DNA of 61,637 bases, filler included, from Candidatus Fermentibacterota bacterium (lineage in GTDB: Bacteria; JAFGKV01): the NCBI GenBank assembly GCA_016928395.1. It is 3 parts of 3 records of this genome, joined end to end, with 100 filler letters (N's around TTAATTAATTAA, not from the genome) between each part and the next. Parts side by side here need not be neighbours in the genome. Positions count along the whole stretch, not along the records: positions 21,668 to 47,021 come from JAFGKV010000173.1; 2 more parts are not named here. One strand, given 5' to 3'. The first letter of the stretch is position 1; every line of letters starts with the position of its first letter. Below, piece after piece: positions 28,168 through 38,325 of the stretch. The notes beneath the pieces are model-generated. The model worked only from the letters and a program-made list of their open reading frames with translations. It was not told the DNA's origin and ran no database searches. Both the position numbers and the translations under genes were made by a program.

Positions 28168-28833
28168 TTACCACGCGGAACCAACGGTCATAATCCCACT
28201 GTGGGATGCCCATCTCTTGGCCTCACCCACCGTCGTGAACTCGCCGTGCCCGGGCAGCAGAACAGTTTCGGGGGATAACGCGAACATGGACCGTAGTGAT
28301 TCGACCAGATGGTCCCATGAGCCACCCCAAAGATCGGTGCGCCCGACGCCTTCATGGAACACGGTGTCGCCGGAAAGCACCGCACCATGGCCGCGCAGTA
28401 GAAACGCCACGCTGCCCGGCGAATGTCCCGGGGTGTGCATGGTCTTTAGTGACCACCCCGCCTCATCGATAACCTGCCCGCCGGTAATCTCCTGGATCTC
28501 GTTCGGCAATGACGGTACCTGTACTCCCAAGAACTCCGCCTGCAGCCCCATGGCCTCCCACAGCGGCCGGTCATCCCCGTGAAGCAGGATAGGTGCCGGG
28601 CCCATCGCCTCCAGCAGCTCTGGCAGGCCAAAGAGATGATCGATATGACCGTGGGTCAGCACCACAGCGCCGAGGCGCAGATTTCTGCGGAGAAGCTCAT
28701 GCGCGATGAGCCGTCCATCGCCGCCGGGATCCACGACCACTGCCGGGTCTTTCGCTTCGGGCAGGAGGACAAAGCAGTTGGTCTGAAGCTCTCCCACCAC
28801 GAGATGGACTATGCGATGCGGAAGTCGGATCAC
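28168..28833 (-). CDS. MBL-fold hydrolase (glyoxalase II/YcbL-like)
   Basis: TNCF, VDPGG, LTHGHIDH, HTPGHSPGS, GVGRTDL and LPGHG; GTG start overlaps the upstream TAG. Confidence 0.9.
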   Translation of the reverse strand: MIRLPHRIVHLVVGELQTNCFVLLPEAKDPAVVVDPGGDGRLIAHELLRRNLRLGAVVLTHGHIDHLFGLPELLEAMGPAPILLHGDDRPLWEAMGLQAEFLGVQVPSLPNEIQEITGGQVIDEAGWSLKTMHTPGHSPGSVAFLLRGHGAVLSGDTVFHEGVGRTDLWGGSWDHLVESLRSMFALSPETVLLPGHGEFTTVGEAKRWASHSGIMTVGSAW

Positions 28834-29954
28834 TACAGCTCCCAGTCCAGGGAACAGAGGTCGCGGCATCCGGTGGACGTCACCACCACGACATCCTCAA
28901 TGCGTACCCCGCCGACTCCCGGGTAGTAGAGCCCTGGCTCCACAGTAACGACGTCCCCCTCTTCCAGAATCAAGCTGTCCTTGGAGATGCGGGGGGCCTC
29001 GTGAATATCCAGGCCAAGGCCGTGACCAGTGCCGTGGATGAATCCCTGAGGTTTTCCGTCAACCGTCTCAGTCACGAAACCCCGGTCGTCGAAGATGTCC
29101 AGCACCCGCTGGTGAAGGTCCTTACCGTCAACCCCTGCCTTGATATTGGACAAGACGGCAATCACGGCGTCGGCCACCGTTCGGTGCATCTTGACCACCT
29201 GTGTCGAAGGCGTGCCGTGCACCACCGTGCGTGTGGTATCTGCACCATACCGTGTCGCTTGCGACAGAGGAAACACATCAAGGATTATGGTCTCGCCCGT
29301 GCGCATTGGGCCGTGACCGAGCTCGTGGGGGAGGGTCGCGTGGTCGCCGCAGGATACAATGGGAGGAGCACCTGCATATCCCGCTTTCAGCAACTCGACC
29401 TGGATGAAGCTCCGCACCCGCTCCGAGGTGAGGATGTCCCCGTCTGAGTAGAGCACACCGCCGCGCACCGAGGCGCCGCGGATCATGTGCCGGGCCATGT
29501 CGAGAACCCGTTCGGTCTGACGCATGGCCTCGGCCATCTGCTGGATTTCCCACGCTGTCTTATGCCGCCGCTGAGGCCAGAATGGGGAGTCACCTAGCGT
29601 CACCATATGGCCAAGCTCGCGAAGCCGGTCCACATGACGAGCCGCCGTGGCGCCCGGCATGCACAGGGGCAGGGCTCCCGACGCTGTGTCCTGCAAATAG
29701 GCGTGCAGGATGTCGGCCAGGGTCGGGATTCCTTGGAGCGACTCCTTCAGCTTCTCCCGATACGGCGCCATCGCCACAACCTGGTCTACCCGGGCTGTCT
29801 CCTTCGCCCTCCCCAACTCCAAATCGCTGACAATCAAAGTCTTGGTGTCGCCGACCTCTAGATACACCAGCGGATCAGGGGCAAGGAAACCGGTTCGCCA
29901 GTAGAGGTCGGCATCCTTCTCAGGATTGGCAATCATGGCGCGAACTTCACTCAT
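28833..29954 (-). CDS. Xaa-Pro peptidase, family M24
   Basis: LPH, DTTRT, HGTGHGLGLDIHEAP and TVEPGLYYPGVGGVRIED. Confidence 0.93.
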   Translation of the reverse strand: MSEVRAMIANPEKDADLYWRTGFLAPDPLVYLEVGDTKTLIVSDLELGRAKETARVDQVVAMAPYREKLKESLQGIPTLADILHAYLQDTASGALPLCMPGATAARHVDRLRELGHMVTLGDSPFWPQRRHKTAWEIQQMAEAMRQTERVLDMARHMIRGASVRGGVLYSDGDILTSERVRSFIQVELLKAGYAGAPPIVSCGDHATLPHELGHGPMRTGETIILDVFPLSQATRYGADTTRTVVHGTPSTQVVKMHRTVADAVIAVLSNIKAGVDGKDLHQRVLDIFDDRGFVTETVDGKPQGFIHGTGHGLGLDIHEAPRISKDSLILEEGDVVTVEPGLYYPGVGGVRIEDVVVVTSTGCRDLCSLDWEL

Positions 29955-30095
29955 CATATTCCTCCAGGGTATGTGGCATCGCAACAGCTCGGCTGGTGGG
30001 GTTCAATGAAGCGACAAGATCCGTTCGTCGAGGTCTCGCCGTGTTCAGCGCTCCCTCGCGATGAAGAGCACGCAGCCCGCCACCAACCGCAACAG

Positions 30096-30932
30096 TCAGC
30101 CCTTCACGCTTCCTAGAGTCAACCCGCCCACCAGCCATTTGGAAAGGGAGAGAAACAGCACCATGACCGGCACGGCGACCAGCAATGCACCCGCCGAGTA
30201 GAGACCCCATTCCGTGCTGAAGTTGGATTGAAACTGCTTCAGGCCAAGAGGCAGTGTGTACAGCCGTTTGTCGCTCAAGACTACCGCCGCCACCAAGTAT
30301 TCACTCCATGCCGCCATGAAACTGAACAAGGCGGTGATGACCAGGGCAGGCAGGGCCAGTGGCAGGACGACCTTGTGGAACGCCCTGAAGGGGCCGCATC
30401 CATCGATGGCGGCAGCTTCCTCAAGGCTTGAGGGTATGGTATCGTAATAGCCTTTCATGGTCCATATGCAGAATGGCAGAGCGGTGGCCGAATAGATGAT
30501 CACCAGACCCCCGAAGGTGTTCCACAAATGCAAGGTCCGCAACAGCAGAAACATGGGGAGCAGGAGCATGGTCGCCGGGAACATCTGAGTCGTGATCAGG
30601 CTGATCATTGCAGCCCGCCTTCCGGGGAAGGAAAACCGACTGATCGCATACCCTGCGGTGGATGCCAAGGTGACACCCAGCAGGGTCACGAAAAGGCTTA
30701 CGATAGAGGAGTTGGTGAGCCACCGCAGGAAGTCCGTTTTTGTGAACAGCGTTACGTAGGAGGTAAGGGTGGCATTGTCGGGTATGAGTGCCAGACTTCT
30801 GCTGTGGAGCTGATCTCCGGGCCGGAGACTCACGGTGACCACCCGGAGGACCGGGTAGATGCTGAACGCGACAAAGATGAAAAGCACGGCATAGATGACG
30901 ATGGTCATCCACAGAGGGTCTTTCTGATGCAT
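30096..30932 (-). CDS. malG: Sugar ABC transporter permease (MalG-like)
   Basis: TQMFPA, MKGYYDTIPSSLEEAAAIDG (EAA loop) and GGLTLGSVKG. Confidence 0.88.
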   Translation of the reverse strand: MHQKDPLWMTIVIYAVLFIFVAFSIYPVLRVVTVSLRPGDQLHSRSLALIPDNATLTSYVTLFTKTDFLRWLTNSSIVSLFVTLLGVTLASTAGYAISRFSFPGRRAAMISLITTQMFPATMLLLPMFLLLRTLHLWNTFGGLVIIYSATALPFCIWTMKGYYDTIPSSLEEAAAIDGCGPFRAFHKVVLPLALPALVITALFSFMAAWSEYLVAAVVLSDKRLYTLPLGLKQFQSNFSTEWGLYSAGALLVAVPVMVLFLSLSKWLVGGLTLGSVKG

Positions 30933-30934
30933 GG

Positions 30935-31813
30935 CTAGTACACCGCCTCGGTTCCCTTCGTCCCTTTGATGAACCTGATGGAGAAGAGCAATAGAATGCC
31001 GAAGATGACCATGGATAAGGCTGCTGCATACCCGAATCGGTAGAGATTGAACGCGGCCCGATAGACATAGGACACGAGAATGTGTACCTGGTCGGCCGGG
31101 CGCCCGCCATTAGACACAAGCCAGATGACATTAAAGTTGTTGAATGTCCAGATGACACCCAACGTCACCGCGGGAACCAGAACCGGCCTCAGCAAGGGTA
31201 TGGTGATCCTCCACAGCCTCTGCCATCGGCTCGCACCATCGACTACCGCGGCTTCGTACAGCTCCGCCGGGATGCTCTGCAGTCCGCCCAGGGCAACGAT
31301 CATCATGAAGGGAAACCCCAACCAGATATTGGTGATCAGACACGCGGCAAAGGTGCTGACCGGTTGCGAAAGCCATGCTACGCCGGGCAATCCAAACGCC
31401 TTGTCGAGCACCAGATTCACTGCGCCATACTCGTAGTGAAACATGCCGCGCCAGGTCAGTGCGGTGATGTACTGAGGAACCGCCCAGGGAAGCACCAGAA
31501 GCGTGCGGATCACCGCCCGCCCGGGCAGAGGACGATTCAGCAACAATGCGAGACTCACACCGATCACGACGTGGAAGACGACATTGATCACCGTCCACAA
31601 GACGGTCTTGAGCAACGTGCTGTAGAAGATGCCTTCGCTAAAGACGCTCACGTACTGCCCGAACCCCGTGATGCGCCATGTCCAGAAGTGCTTCATGCTC
31701 ATGTTGGACAGGCTGACCACGACATTGTAGACGAAGGGAAACACAACCACCAGCGCCAGAATCCCCAGAGCGGGGAAGGCAAAGGAGTATGCGATGCGTT
31801 GTTCTCTCGTCAC
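30935..31813 (-). CDS. malF: Sugar ABC transporter permease (MalF-like)
   Basis: LPWAVP, NIWLGFPFMM, LQSIPAELYEAAVVDGA and FNNFNVIWL. Confidence 0.88.
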   Translation of the reverse strand: MTREQRIAYSFAFPALGILALVVVFPFVYNVVVSLSNMSMKHFWTWRITGFGQYVSVFSEGIFYSTLLKTVLWTVINVVFHVVIGVSLALLLNRPLPGRAVIRTLLVLPWAVPQYITALTWRGMFHYEYGAVNLVLDKAFGLPGVAWLSQPVSTFAACLITNIWLGFPFMMIVALGGLQSIPAELYEAAVVDGASRWQRLWRITIPLLRPVLVPAVTLGVIWTFNNFNVIWLVSNGGRPADQVHILVSYVYRAAFNLYRFGYAAALSMVIFGILLLFSIRFIKGTKGTEAVY

Positions 31814-33090
31814 CGGTTCATCTCCTCAATGGCCTTCTCTGCCGCCCTCTGGGCGTCCTGGGCCGCCTGCTCCGGCGTCTTTGTTCCGTTCAGAACCGAT
31901 TGGTAGTTGGGGCGCAAGGTATCCCAAATAGCCCGGAGCTCCGGGTCCACCGGCATGGGCTTGCCGACTCGGGCTTGCTCCATACTCAGCTGGATCATCT
32001 CGTCGTCGGCTATCGCCGGATCATCCATACAGTCGAGACGAGACGGTATGGTCTTCATCGCTCGCGCATAGACCAGTTGGGCGTCACGGGAGGTAAGGTA
32101 GGTGAGGAGATTCAACACCATGCGAAGCCGTTCACCGTGGAGATGGACATTCACGCTATACCCCTGGGTGGACACCATGGGCGTTGCCCAGAGCCCGGTG
32201 GCGCTGACCTTGGGAATGAGGGCCAACCCCATATCGATACCCATGTTCAAATACGACGCCCAGGACCATGGCCCATTGATGATCATGGCCGCACGGCCTT
32301 CTTTGAACAGAGCGTCTGCGGTATCGTAGTCACTCTCGGGCGGCAGAATGCGATGGGTAAACTTAAGATCGTACATGAAGCGGAAGGCAGCCACGGTCGC
32401 CGGGGTATCCAAGGTGGGCCGGGCCTCGTCATCCATCACCCATCCGCCGAATCCCCCGAGAAACGGCACGAAGAAAAAGGGCTCCTCGAAGTTCCATGCC
32501 ATTCCATAGTAGTCCATCCGGCCGTCGCCGTCTTCGTCTCTGGTAAAATCGCGGGCGATCTGGATCATCTCATCGGTGTCCCGAGGCGGCTGCGGAACGA
32601 GGGCTCTGTTGTACACCAGATGCAGGTGATTGCCGATCTGGTCGCTGAGCTGGTACAGATGCCCGCGGCGCCACACCAGCCCTTCCGGCAGGAATGCATC
32701 CACCACCTCTCGGGAGAGAAGCTGTTCGAGAGGAGCGACAAGTTCCATCTCGCTGAAAGGCCCTACCTGGTCTCCCGGGCCATACACGAGATCCGGGCCG
32801 CTGCCCCCCAGCGTGGCGATCTGATAGTTGCTGCGCAGCTCTTCCGGCTCATAGTACACTTGGGCGCATGATACGCCGTGCATCCGCCCGAACTCCGTGA
32901 GCAGAGAGTCGAGGATCGCCCGGCCCTCAGGCCTCATCGTGTTCCACACCACCAAGTCCCCCGCTCCTCGTGGCCCGCAGGATACCATGACGAGGGAGCA
33001 AAGAAGACCGCCGAATCCTACTAACCCTCTGACGCCCATGCCCGAGCCACTCGCCCGTGTGTGAGACCCGGCGGATCGCGACTGAATCAC
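31810..33090 (-). CDS. malE: Maltose/maltodextrin-type ABC substrate-binding lipoprotein
   Basis: Lipobox-like LVMVSC, GPDLV, LVYNRAL, AMIINGPW and PMP..PEL..IWD. Confidence 0.82.
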   Translation of the reverse strand: MIQSRSAGSHTRASGSGMGVRGLVGFGGLLCSLVMVSCGPRGAGDLVVWNTMRPEGRAILDSLLTEFGRMHGVSCAQVYYEPEELRSNYQIATLGGSGPDLVYGPGDQVGPFSEMELVAPLEQLLSREVVDAFLPEGLVWRRGHLYQLSDQIGNHLHLVYNRALVPQPPRDTDEMIQIARDFTRDEDGDGRMDYYGMAWNFEEPFFFVPFLGGFGGWVMDDEARPTLDTPATVAAFRFMYDLKFTHRILPPESDYDTADALFKEGRAAMIINGPWSWASYLNMGIDMGLALIPKVSATGLWATPMVSTQGYSVNVHLHGERLRMVLNLLTYLTSRDAQLVYARAMKTIPSRLDCMDDPAIADDEMIQLSMEQARVGKPMPVDPELRAIWDTLRPNYQSVLNGTKTPEQAAQDAQRAAEKAIEEMNR

Positions 33091-33356
33091 CGTATTCCTC
33101 CATCCGGCACGGGGATATGCGCCCCACAGAGCGCGGACAAAGCCTTGGAGCTGGCATTATGCATCGCCTAAGCGTCTGGCTCAAGGGTATCGGTGCACTC
33201 ACCCATAAGAACCCACGGTATGCTTGCGGGCCTCACCGTTGGGAATGATCTTGTGTGGCCACGTCACCATGTAGTGGTCTGAATTGGCACGCGGGCTGAA
33301 TGCACGCTGGCGATATCGCGCTGCACATGAGCCTGCCATCGCGCTGGAGCTTTGGT

Positions 33357-34016
33357 ATGAATCGATTTCTCACGGTTTCCCTCACTCTTCTCTTCCCCCT
33401 CTCGGCTGCGTTTGCCTTGGACATGTCGGATCGCGGCATGCTTACCGGTCAACTCCGCCTGGGCCTACGCGGCAATGACAAGTTTGGCAACACTATAGGC
33501 CATGAACTCCCCGCCGAACATGAGCTGCGCATGCAACCGCTGGAAAGCGACCCCGGGTTCGGCGTTTCCTTCTCGTATCGCCGTGGCATCACCCCCAGCG
33601 TACTTCTGGGGTTCTCATTGGACTATCTCAAGAGCGGCGTCATGGAGGGCAAGGGAGTGGAGGATGTAGAGAATCGTCTGGCCCAGACCGATTCGCTAAG
33701 CACGTCTCTCGGCGCCTATTCACTGTATGGCGTGGGGGTCTCCCTCTACCCGGGGGTAAGCATCGGCGAGAACCTGATGGTCTTTGTTCAGATCGGTGTA
33801 GGAGGATACACGGCCAGAATCGCGGGAAACAGCGAGGAACTCAATGCTGCACTTAACCTGGGACTCTCCGCGGGATACTACCTGAACGATTCCTGGGGAA
33901 TTGAGCTGGCCGCCCAGATGCCTCTGTTTCTCGCCGAGTTCAGGTACTTGGAGGAAGGGTACAGCTTCGACCCCTCTCCTCTGCAGCTCTGTGCGGGCGT
34001 GGCCTGGCTCTGGTAG
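33357..34016 (+). CDS. Small outer-membrane beta-barrel protein
   Basis: Signal peptide ending AAFA, amphipathic strands and C-terminal aromatic residue (GVAWLW). Confidence 0.65.
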   Translation: MNRFLTVSLTLLFPLSAAFALDMSDRGMLTGQLRLGLRGNDKFGNTIGHELPAEHELRMQPLESDPGFGVSFSYRRGITPSVLLGFSLDYLKSGVMEGKGVEDVENRLAQTDSLSTSLGAYSLYGVGVSLYPGVSIGENLMVFVQIGVGGYTARIAGNSEELNAALNLGLSAGYYLNDSWGIELAAQMPLFLAEFRYLEEGYSFDPSPLQLCAGVAWLW

Positions 34017-34052
34017 AAGCTCTGATCAAGGCCAGGTCGAGATAGAAAGCCG

Positions 34053-34086
34053 AAGCGGGTGAAGGGCTCGCCCTTCACCCGCTTTT
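34053..34086. terminator. Bidirectional intrinsic terminator between the OMP gene and rpsA
   Basis: AAGCGGGTGAAGGGC-TC-GCCCTTCACCCGCTT inverted repeat with T/A runs on the flanks, between convergent genes. Confidence 0.8.
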
Positions 34087-34100
34087 CTACTCCCGGAAGT

Positions 34101-36113
34101 CTACGCCTCGGGCGGCGTTACCGTGGTCTCTTCAGTGCCACCTTCGTCGACCGGGGTTTCCCCCTTCCTGGTGGCATCTGCATCCGAAACATCTACCTCG
34201 GTACCATCTGCATCGGTATCCTCTATCTCTGAGGCGTCTACCTCTTCCTCTCCGATTTCCTCGTACACGTCGTCGTCCTGCTCCAGGTCGGCGTTCTCGA
34301 CGAGATCCTCCATGGTCAATGGCCTCACGGGATGATCCTGTTTCCACGCATCAAGATCGGCCTCATCGCGGCTGGAGAGCGCCGCTTTGACCGAGAGAAC
34401 GATACGACGGTTCTTGGGATCCACGTCGATCACTTGCAGGGGCATGACATCGCCCACCTCGAATGCCGCGGCGGGTTTAATCAGCTCCGGAATGGCCAGT
34501 TGGGAGACAGGAACGAATCCCTCGACGTCCCGGCCCAGGTCGACGACCACGCCTCGGTCCAGCAGTCGAACCACGGCACCTTCAGCCTCGGTTCCGATGG
34601 CGAATTCCAGAGCCAGCCGATCCCACGGATCAGGCTCCGTCTGCTTGAGACCCAACGAGATGCGGCGAGAGGCGGTATCGATCTTCAACACCATTACCTC
34701 GACCTTGTCGCCCTTCTTGAGGACCTCACCCGGATGGCGGACCCGCTTGGTCCACGACATGTCGGAGATATGCACAAGCCCGTCGATGCCCTCTTCAATC
34801 TCCACAAACGCCCCGAAGTTCGTGAGGTTGCGAACCCTGCCGCTCACCTGGCTCCCCACGGGGTACTTCTCGTCGAGCGTGAGCCATGGATCGGGCTCAG
34901 TTTGCTTGAGACCCAACGAGATCTTCTCGTTCTCCTCGTCGACCTTGAGAACCACCGCTTCCACCGAGTCACCAATCGCCAGCACCTTGGACGGATGGCG
35001 TACGTGGCGCGTCCATGACATTTCGGAGATGTGAATGAGACCTTCGACACCTTTCTCCAACTCGACAAACGCGCCGTAATCCGTGATGCTGACCACTCTG
35101 CCTGTCACCCGGCTTCCGACCTGGTAGCGTTCCGCGATGTCCTTCCAGGGGTAGGGCGTCAATTGCTTGAGGCCCAAGGAAATCCGCTCACGGTCCTTGT
35201 CAAAACTCAGCACCTTAACCGTCAACTCATCGCCGATGGTGACAACTTCAGACGGGTGATTGACCCGCCCCCATGACATATCGGTGATGTGCAGCAGTCC
35301 GTCGATTCCGCCCAGGTCGATGAAGGCACCGAAGTCGGTGATGTTCTTCACCGTGCCGCTCCGGACATCAGTCACGCCCAGAGTCTTCATGGTTTCAGTC
35401 TTGAGGCGCTCCCGCTCCTCTTCAAGCACAACCCGCCGTGACACCACTATGTTGCGGCGCCGCTTGTTCAGCTTGATGATGCGGAACTGGAGTGTTTGGC
35501 CGAGATAGGCATCAAGGTTGGGAACCTGACGCAGCGCCACTTGTGAGCCGGGCAGGAATGCTTCCACGGCAAACAAATCCACCACCAGGCCACCCTTGAT
35601 GCGACGCAGCACCCGGCCCTCCACCACGTTCTGCTCATCGAACGCGTCCTTGATGTGACCCCACACCTTTACGAAATCAGCGCGTTGCTTGCTCAATACT
35701 ACGAGGCCGTCCTGGTTCTCCATCTTCTCCAGGAAGACATCCACCTCGTCGCCAACGCGAATAGTAACCGGCTCCTTGAACTCAGACAGCAGAATCACGC
35801 CCTCTGACTTGAAGCCGACATCCACCACCACCTCGGTCTCCGTGACATCCACAACCCTCCCGGTAACCACTTCACCCTCACCGCGGGGTTGCATGCCTTG
35901 GCGGTAGAAATCCATCATCTGCTGATACTCGTCCTCCGAGTACTCCGGAGCATCCAGCAACTCCAGCTCTCGTTCCTCGGCGAGTACCGCTTCACTCACG
36001 GAAGGCGTCATTTCATCGTGATCATCGCCCGTCATCGTCATGCGTTCGTCCTTGCTCACCATCGAAGAATCGTTGTGCGGACCATCGTCCGCGTGTGTTA
36101 ACGACGGGGCCAT
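34101..36113 (-). CDS. rpsA: 30S ribosomal protein S1 (true start may be ATG 36041)
   Basis: Six S1 repeats (DVGFKSEG, FLPGSQV, FGAFIDLGGIDGLLHITDMSW, GLIHISEMSW, GLVHISDMSW) with acidic N- and C-terminal tails. Confidence 0.97.
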   Translation of the reverse strand: MAPSLTHADDGPHNDSSMVSKDERMTMTGDDHDEMTPSVSEAVLAEERELELLDAPEYSEDEYQQMMDFYRQGMQPRGEGEVVTGRVVDVTETEVVVDVGFKSEGVILLSEFKEPVTIRVGDEVDVFLEKMENQDGLVVLSKQRADFVKVWGHIKDAFDEQNVVEGRVLRRIKGGLVVDLFAVEAFLPGSQVALRQVPNLDAYLGQTLQFRIIKLNKRRRNIVVSRRVVLEEERERLKTETMKTLGVTDVRSGTVKNITDFGAFIDLGGIDGLLHITDMSWGRVNHPSEVVTIGDELTVKVLSFDKDRERISLGLKQLTPYPWKDIAERYQVGSRVTGRVVSITDYGAFVELEKGVEGLIHISEMSWTRHVRHPSKVLAIGDSVEAVVLKVDEENEKISLGLKQTEPDPWLTLDEKYPVGSQVSGRVRNLTNFGAFVEIEEGIDGLVHISDMSWTKRVRHPGEVLKKGDKVEVMVLKIDTASRRISLGLKQTEPDPWDRLALEFAIGTEAEGAVVRLLDRGVVVDLGRDVEGFVPVSQLAIPELIKPAAAFEVGDVMPLQVIDVDPKNRRIVLSVKAALSSRDEADLDAWKQDHPVRPLTMEDLVENADLEQDDDVYEEIGEEEVDASEIEDTDADGTEVDVSDADATRKGETPVDEGGTEETTVTPPEA

Positions 36114-36307
36114 AGCCCCAGCCAGCCGGGATATCCCCTGGCCTCATATGCAGACCAGATGCGGCCCGCTAGAAAACGCCATATCAGGACACCAGCACCA
36201 CCACGCGCCTCACGGCGACCGCCGCGGGTCGTTGTTCACATCTCCGAAATCACGAATCGGGAATGCGTCGGCGTTCGGTGTGTCTCAGCCGTTCATGAGA
36301 ACCGTGC

Positions 36308-36336
36308 ATATTAGGTGGAATCGAATCAGAACACAA
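36308..36336 (-). promoter_or_regulatory. Candidate internal promoter for rpsA
   Basis: On the minus strand: TTGTGT, 17-nt spacer, TAATAT. Confidence 0.45.
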
Positions 36337-36386
36337 GAACAGCGTTCATCTGCCTCTACAATAAAGGCCCACGTCGAGCCTCTCCG

Positions 36387-37076
36387 TCACGATGAGACGT
36401 AACCTCGCTCTCTCACGAGCCGCACGACAGCGTCCACCTGGCCTGTGATACTCAGATTGGTGGTATCAAGGCGAACGGCGTCCGTCGCTGCAGCCATCGG
36501 AGCGACCTCGCGGGTGGAATCTGCTGTGTCCCGCCTCGCCAGTTCCCGAAGAATCTGTCTTTCGTCCAAGCCGTCGGCGTGACGTGAGCGTTCCCGTGCA
36601 CGCCGTCGCGCCCGTGTTGCCAGCGACGCCTCAAGGAAAATCTTGATCGGCGCGTCAGGGCACACCACAGTGCCGATGTCACGCCCCTCCATGACGACAT
36701 TGCCCCGTTCGGCGATCCTTCGTTGCCAGCGGACCAAGGCGTGGCGTACCTGCCGCAGACTCGACACCTGCGATACGAGGCCGGTCACATCATCGTCGCG
36801 AATCCGCTGGCTCACATCCTCGCCGCAGAGCAAGACCCGCAAGGTTGACTCTCCTGGGACGAGATCAACGGTGAGGGTGCCAAGCGCCTCCTCTATCGCT
36901 TCGCCGGCCACGGGCGCAATGCCGTGGCGAAGCAGCCACAGAGTAACAGCGCGGTACATCGCGCCGGTATCCACCCAGAGAAGGCCAAGACGAGATGCCA
37001 CCTCCCGGGCCGTCGTGCTCTTGCCGGCACCTGCCGGCCCGTCGATGGCGATGACGAGAGGAGGCAGGTTCTTCAC
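36387..37076 (-). CDS. cmk: Cytidylate kinase
   Basis: IAIDGPAGAGKST, DTGAMYR and VMEGRDIGTVV. Confidence 0.97.
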   Translation of the reverse strand: MKNLPPLVIAIDGPAGAGKSTTAREVASRLGLLWVDTGAMYRAVTLWLLRHGIAPVAGEAIEEALGTLTVDLVPGESTLRVLLCGEDVSQRIRDDDVTGLVSQVSSLRQVRHALVRWQRRIAERGNVVMEGRDIGTVVCPDAPIKIFLEASLATRARRRARERSRHADGLDERQILRELARRDTADSTREVAPMAAATDAVRLDTTNLSITGQVDAVVRLVRERGYVSS

Positions 37077-37642
37077 GCCTCACCCGAAGCGGTACCCGGA
37101 CCTCGGGGATGGTCAGGCTCCTGAAGCATGGTCCGCAACTCCTCTGCCGATGGAAGGGCCTCGATAGAAGGCAGACCGAAGTGTATCAGAAACTGCTCGG
37201 TGGTGCGGTAGAGCAGCGGGTGCCCCGGCTTGTCGGCCCGGCCGGCCACGCGAATCAACCCCAGTTCCATGAGTCTTCCCAGACCATGGGAGCAATCCAC
37301 TCCCCTCAGCGACTCGACTTCCGCCCTGGTTACCGGCTGCCTATACGCAACAGCAGCGAGGGTGTGAAGCAGGGCCGGGCTCAAGCGTGTTCGCTCCTCC
37401 TTCAGAGCGCGAACCAAGTCCGCAAACTGCGCTCTTGTCTGGGCGACGAGCACGCCTCCTCGCTCCTCAACGGTGAAGCTGTGTCCTTCTGCCAGGTTGC
37501 GGCGGTTGAGGGCATCCGCTGCAGCACGCACCTCCTCGGGTGAGATGCCGAGAAGATCGCCGGCCTTCGTGAGGCGCAGAGGAGCACCGCCGGCCAAGAT
37601 CAGGCACTCCAGCTTGAACTCCATGGGAGAGCTGTCGCTCAC
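37073..37642 (-). CDS. scpB: SMC-Scp complex subunit ScpB
   Basis: TLAAVAYRQPVTRAEVESLRGV and PGHPLLYRTTEQFLIHFGL. Confidence 0.93.
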   Translation of the reverse strand: MSDSSPMEFKLECLILAGGAPLRLTKAGDLLGISPEEVRAAADALNRRNLAEGHSFTVEERGGVLVAQTRAQFADLVRALKEERTRLSPALLHTLAAVAYRQPVTRAEVESLRGVDCSHGLGRLMELGLIRVAGRADKPGHPLLYRTTEQFLIHFGLPSIEALPSAEELRTMLQEPDHPRGPGTASGEA

Positions 37643-38325
37643 GCTTCGCCTCTCACCGCAGCGCCCGGGTCGATCCAGACTGTGTGAGACTCGACCCGAA
37701 TCCGGTACCAGCCCAGACGCACGATCTCCAGGAGTGCCAGGAAGTAGCTGAGCAGTTCAAGCAGACCGTGGGCGCTGCCGAGAAGATCAGCAAGCGAGCA
37801 CGACCCTCGAGCCAGCAGGGCACTCACCCGGGCGCGGGCTTCTTCGGGCGACATGAACTCCCCCACTACTGGCTGCAGCCCAGTGGCGGTCAACGATCGG
37901 ATAATCTCTCCGGCCGCCTTCAGCAAGGCGCTGAGCGAATCTGCCTCAGCCAATACCCTGCGAGTGGAGGGGTCATGCTCGAGAGTGCAGAGCGCAAAAT
38001 CCTGCTGGCGCGCCTCCAGCATGGCCAGTCGATCACCGAGGCCGCCGATGATCCCCGGGTCGACCGGTACCGTCATTAGGGGACCCTCGTCGTCGAGACT
38101 GGGAAGGAGAAGTCGAAGCTTGAGCACCACAAGCCTCGATGCCAATGCGAAGAAGAACCCGGCCACGTCAAGATCCCCCCATCCCTCTGAGTCCAAGGTG
38201 CAGATCCACCCGTGCACAACATCGATGAGAAGAATCTCATGCGGCTGCCGAGACCCGCGTTCGGCTTCGCCCACCAGCGCAGTCAGATCGCCCAGGCGGT
38301 AAGCCCAGGGTTCCGTGCCGCTCAC
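37639..38325 (-). CDS. scpA: Segregation/condensation protein ScpA (divergent)
   Basis: DLDVAGFFFALASRLVVLKLRLLLP and YFLALLEIVRLG; position upstream of scpB; GTG start overlaps the upstream stop. Confidence 0.72.
   Translation of the reverse strand: MSGTEPWAYRLGDLTALVGEAERGSRQPHEILLIDVVHGWICTLDSEGWGDLDVAGFFFALASRLVVLKLRLLLPSLDDEGPLMTVPVDPGIIGGLGDRLAMLEARQQDFALCTLEHDPSTRRVLAEADSLSALLKAAGEIIRSLTATGLQPVVGEFMSPEEARARVSALLARGSCSLADLLGSAHGLLELLSYFLALLEIVRLGWYRIRVESHTVWIDPGAAVRGEA

Noticed and set aside
33285-33300. Sigma54 promoter TGGCACG upstream of the OMP gene
   Set aside because: The -12 element reads CTGAA rather than TTGC(A/T), so the required GC is missing.
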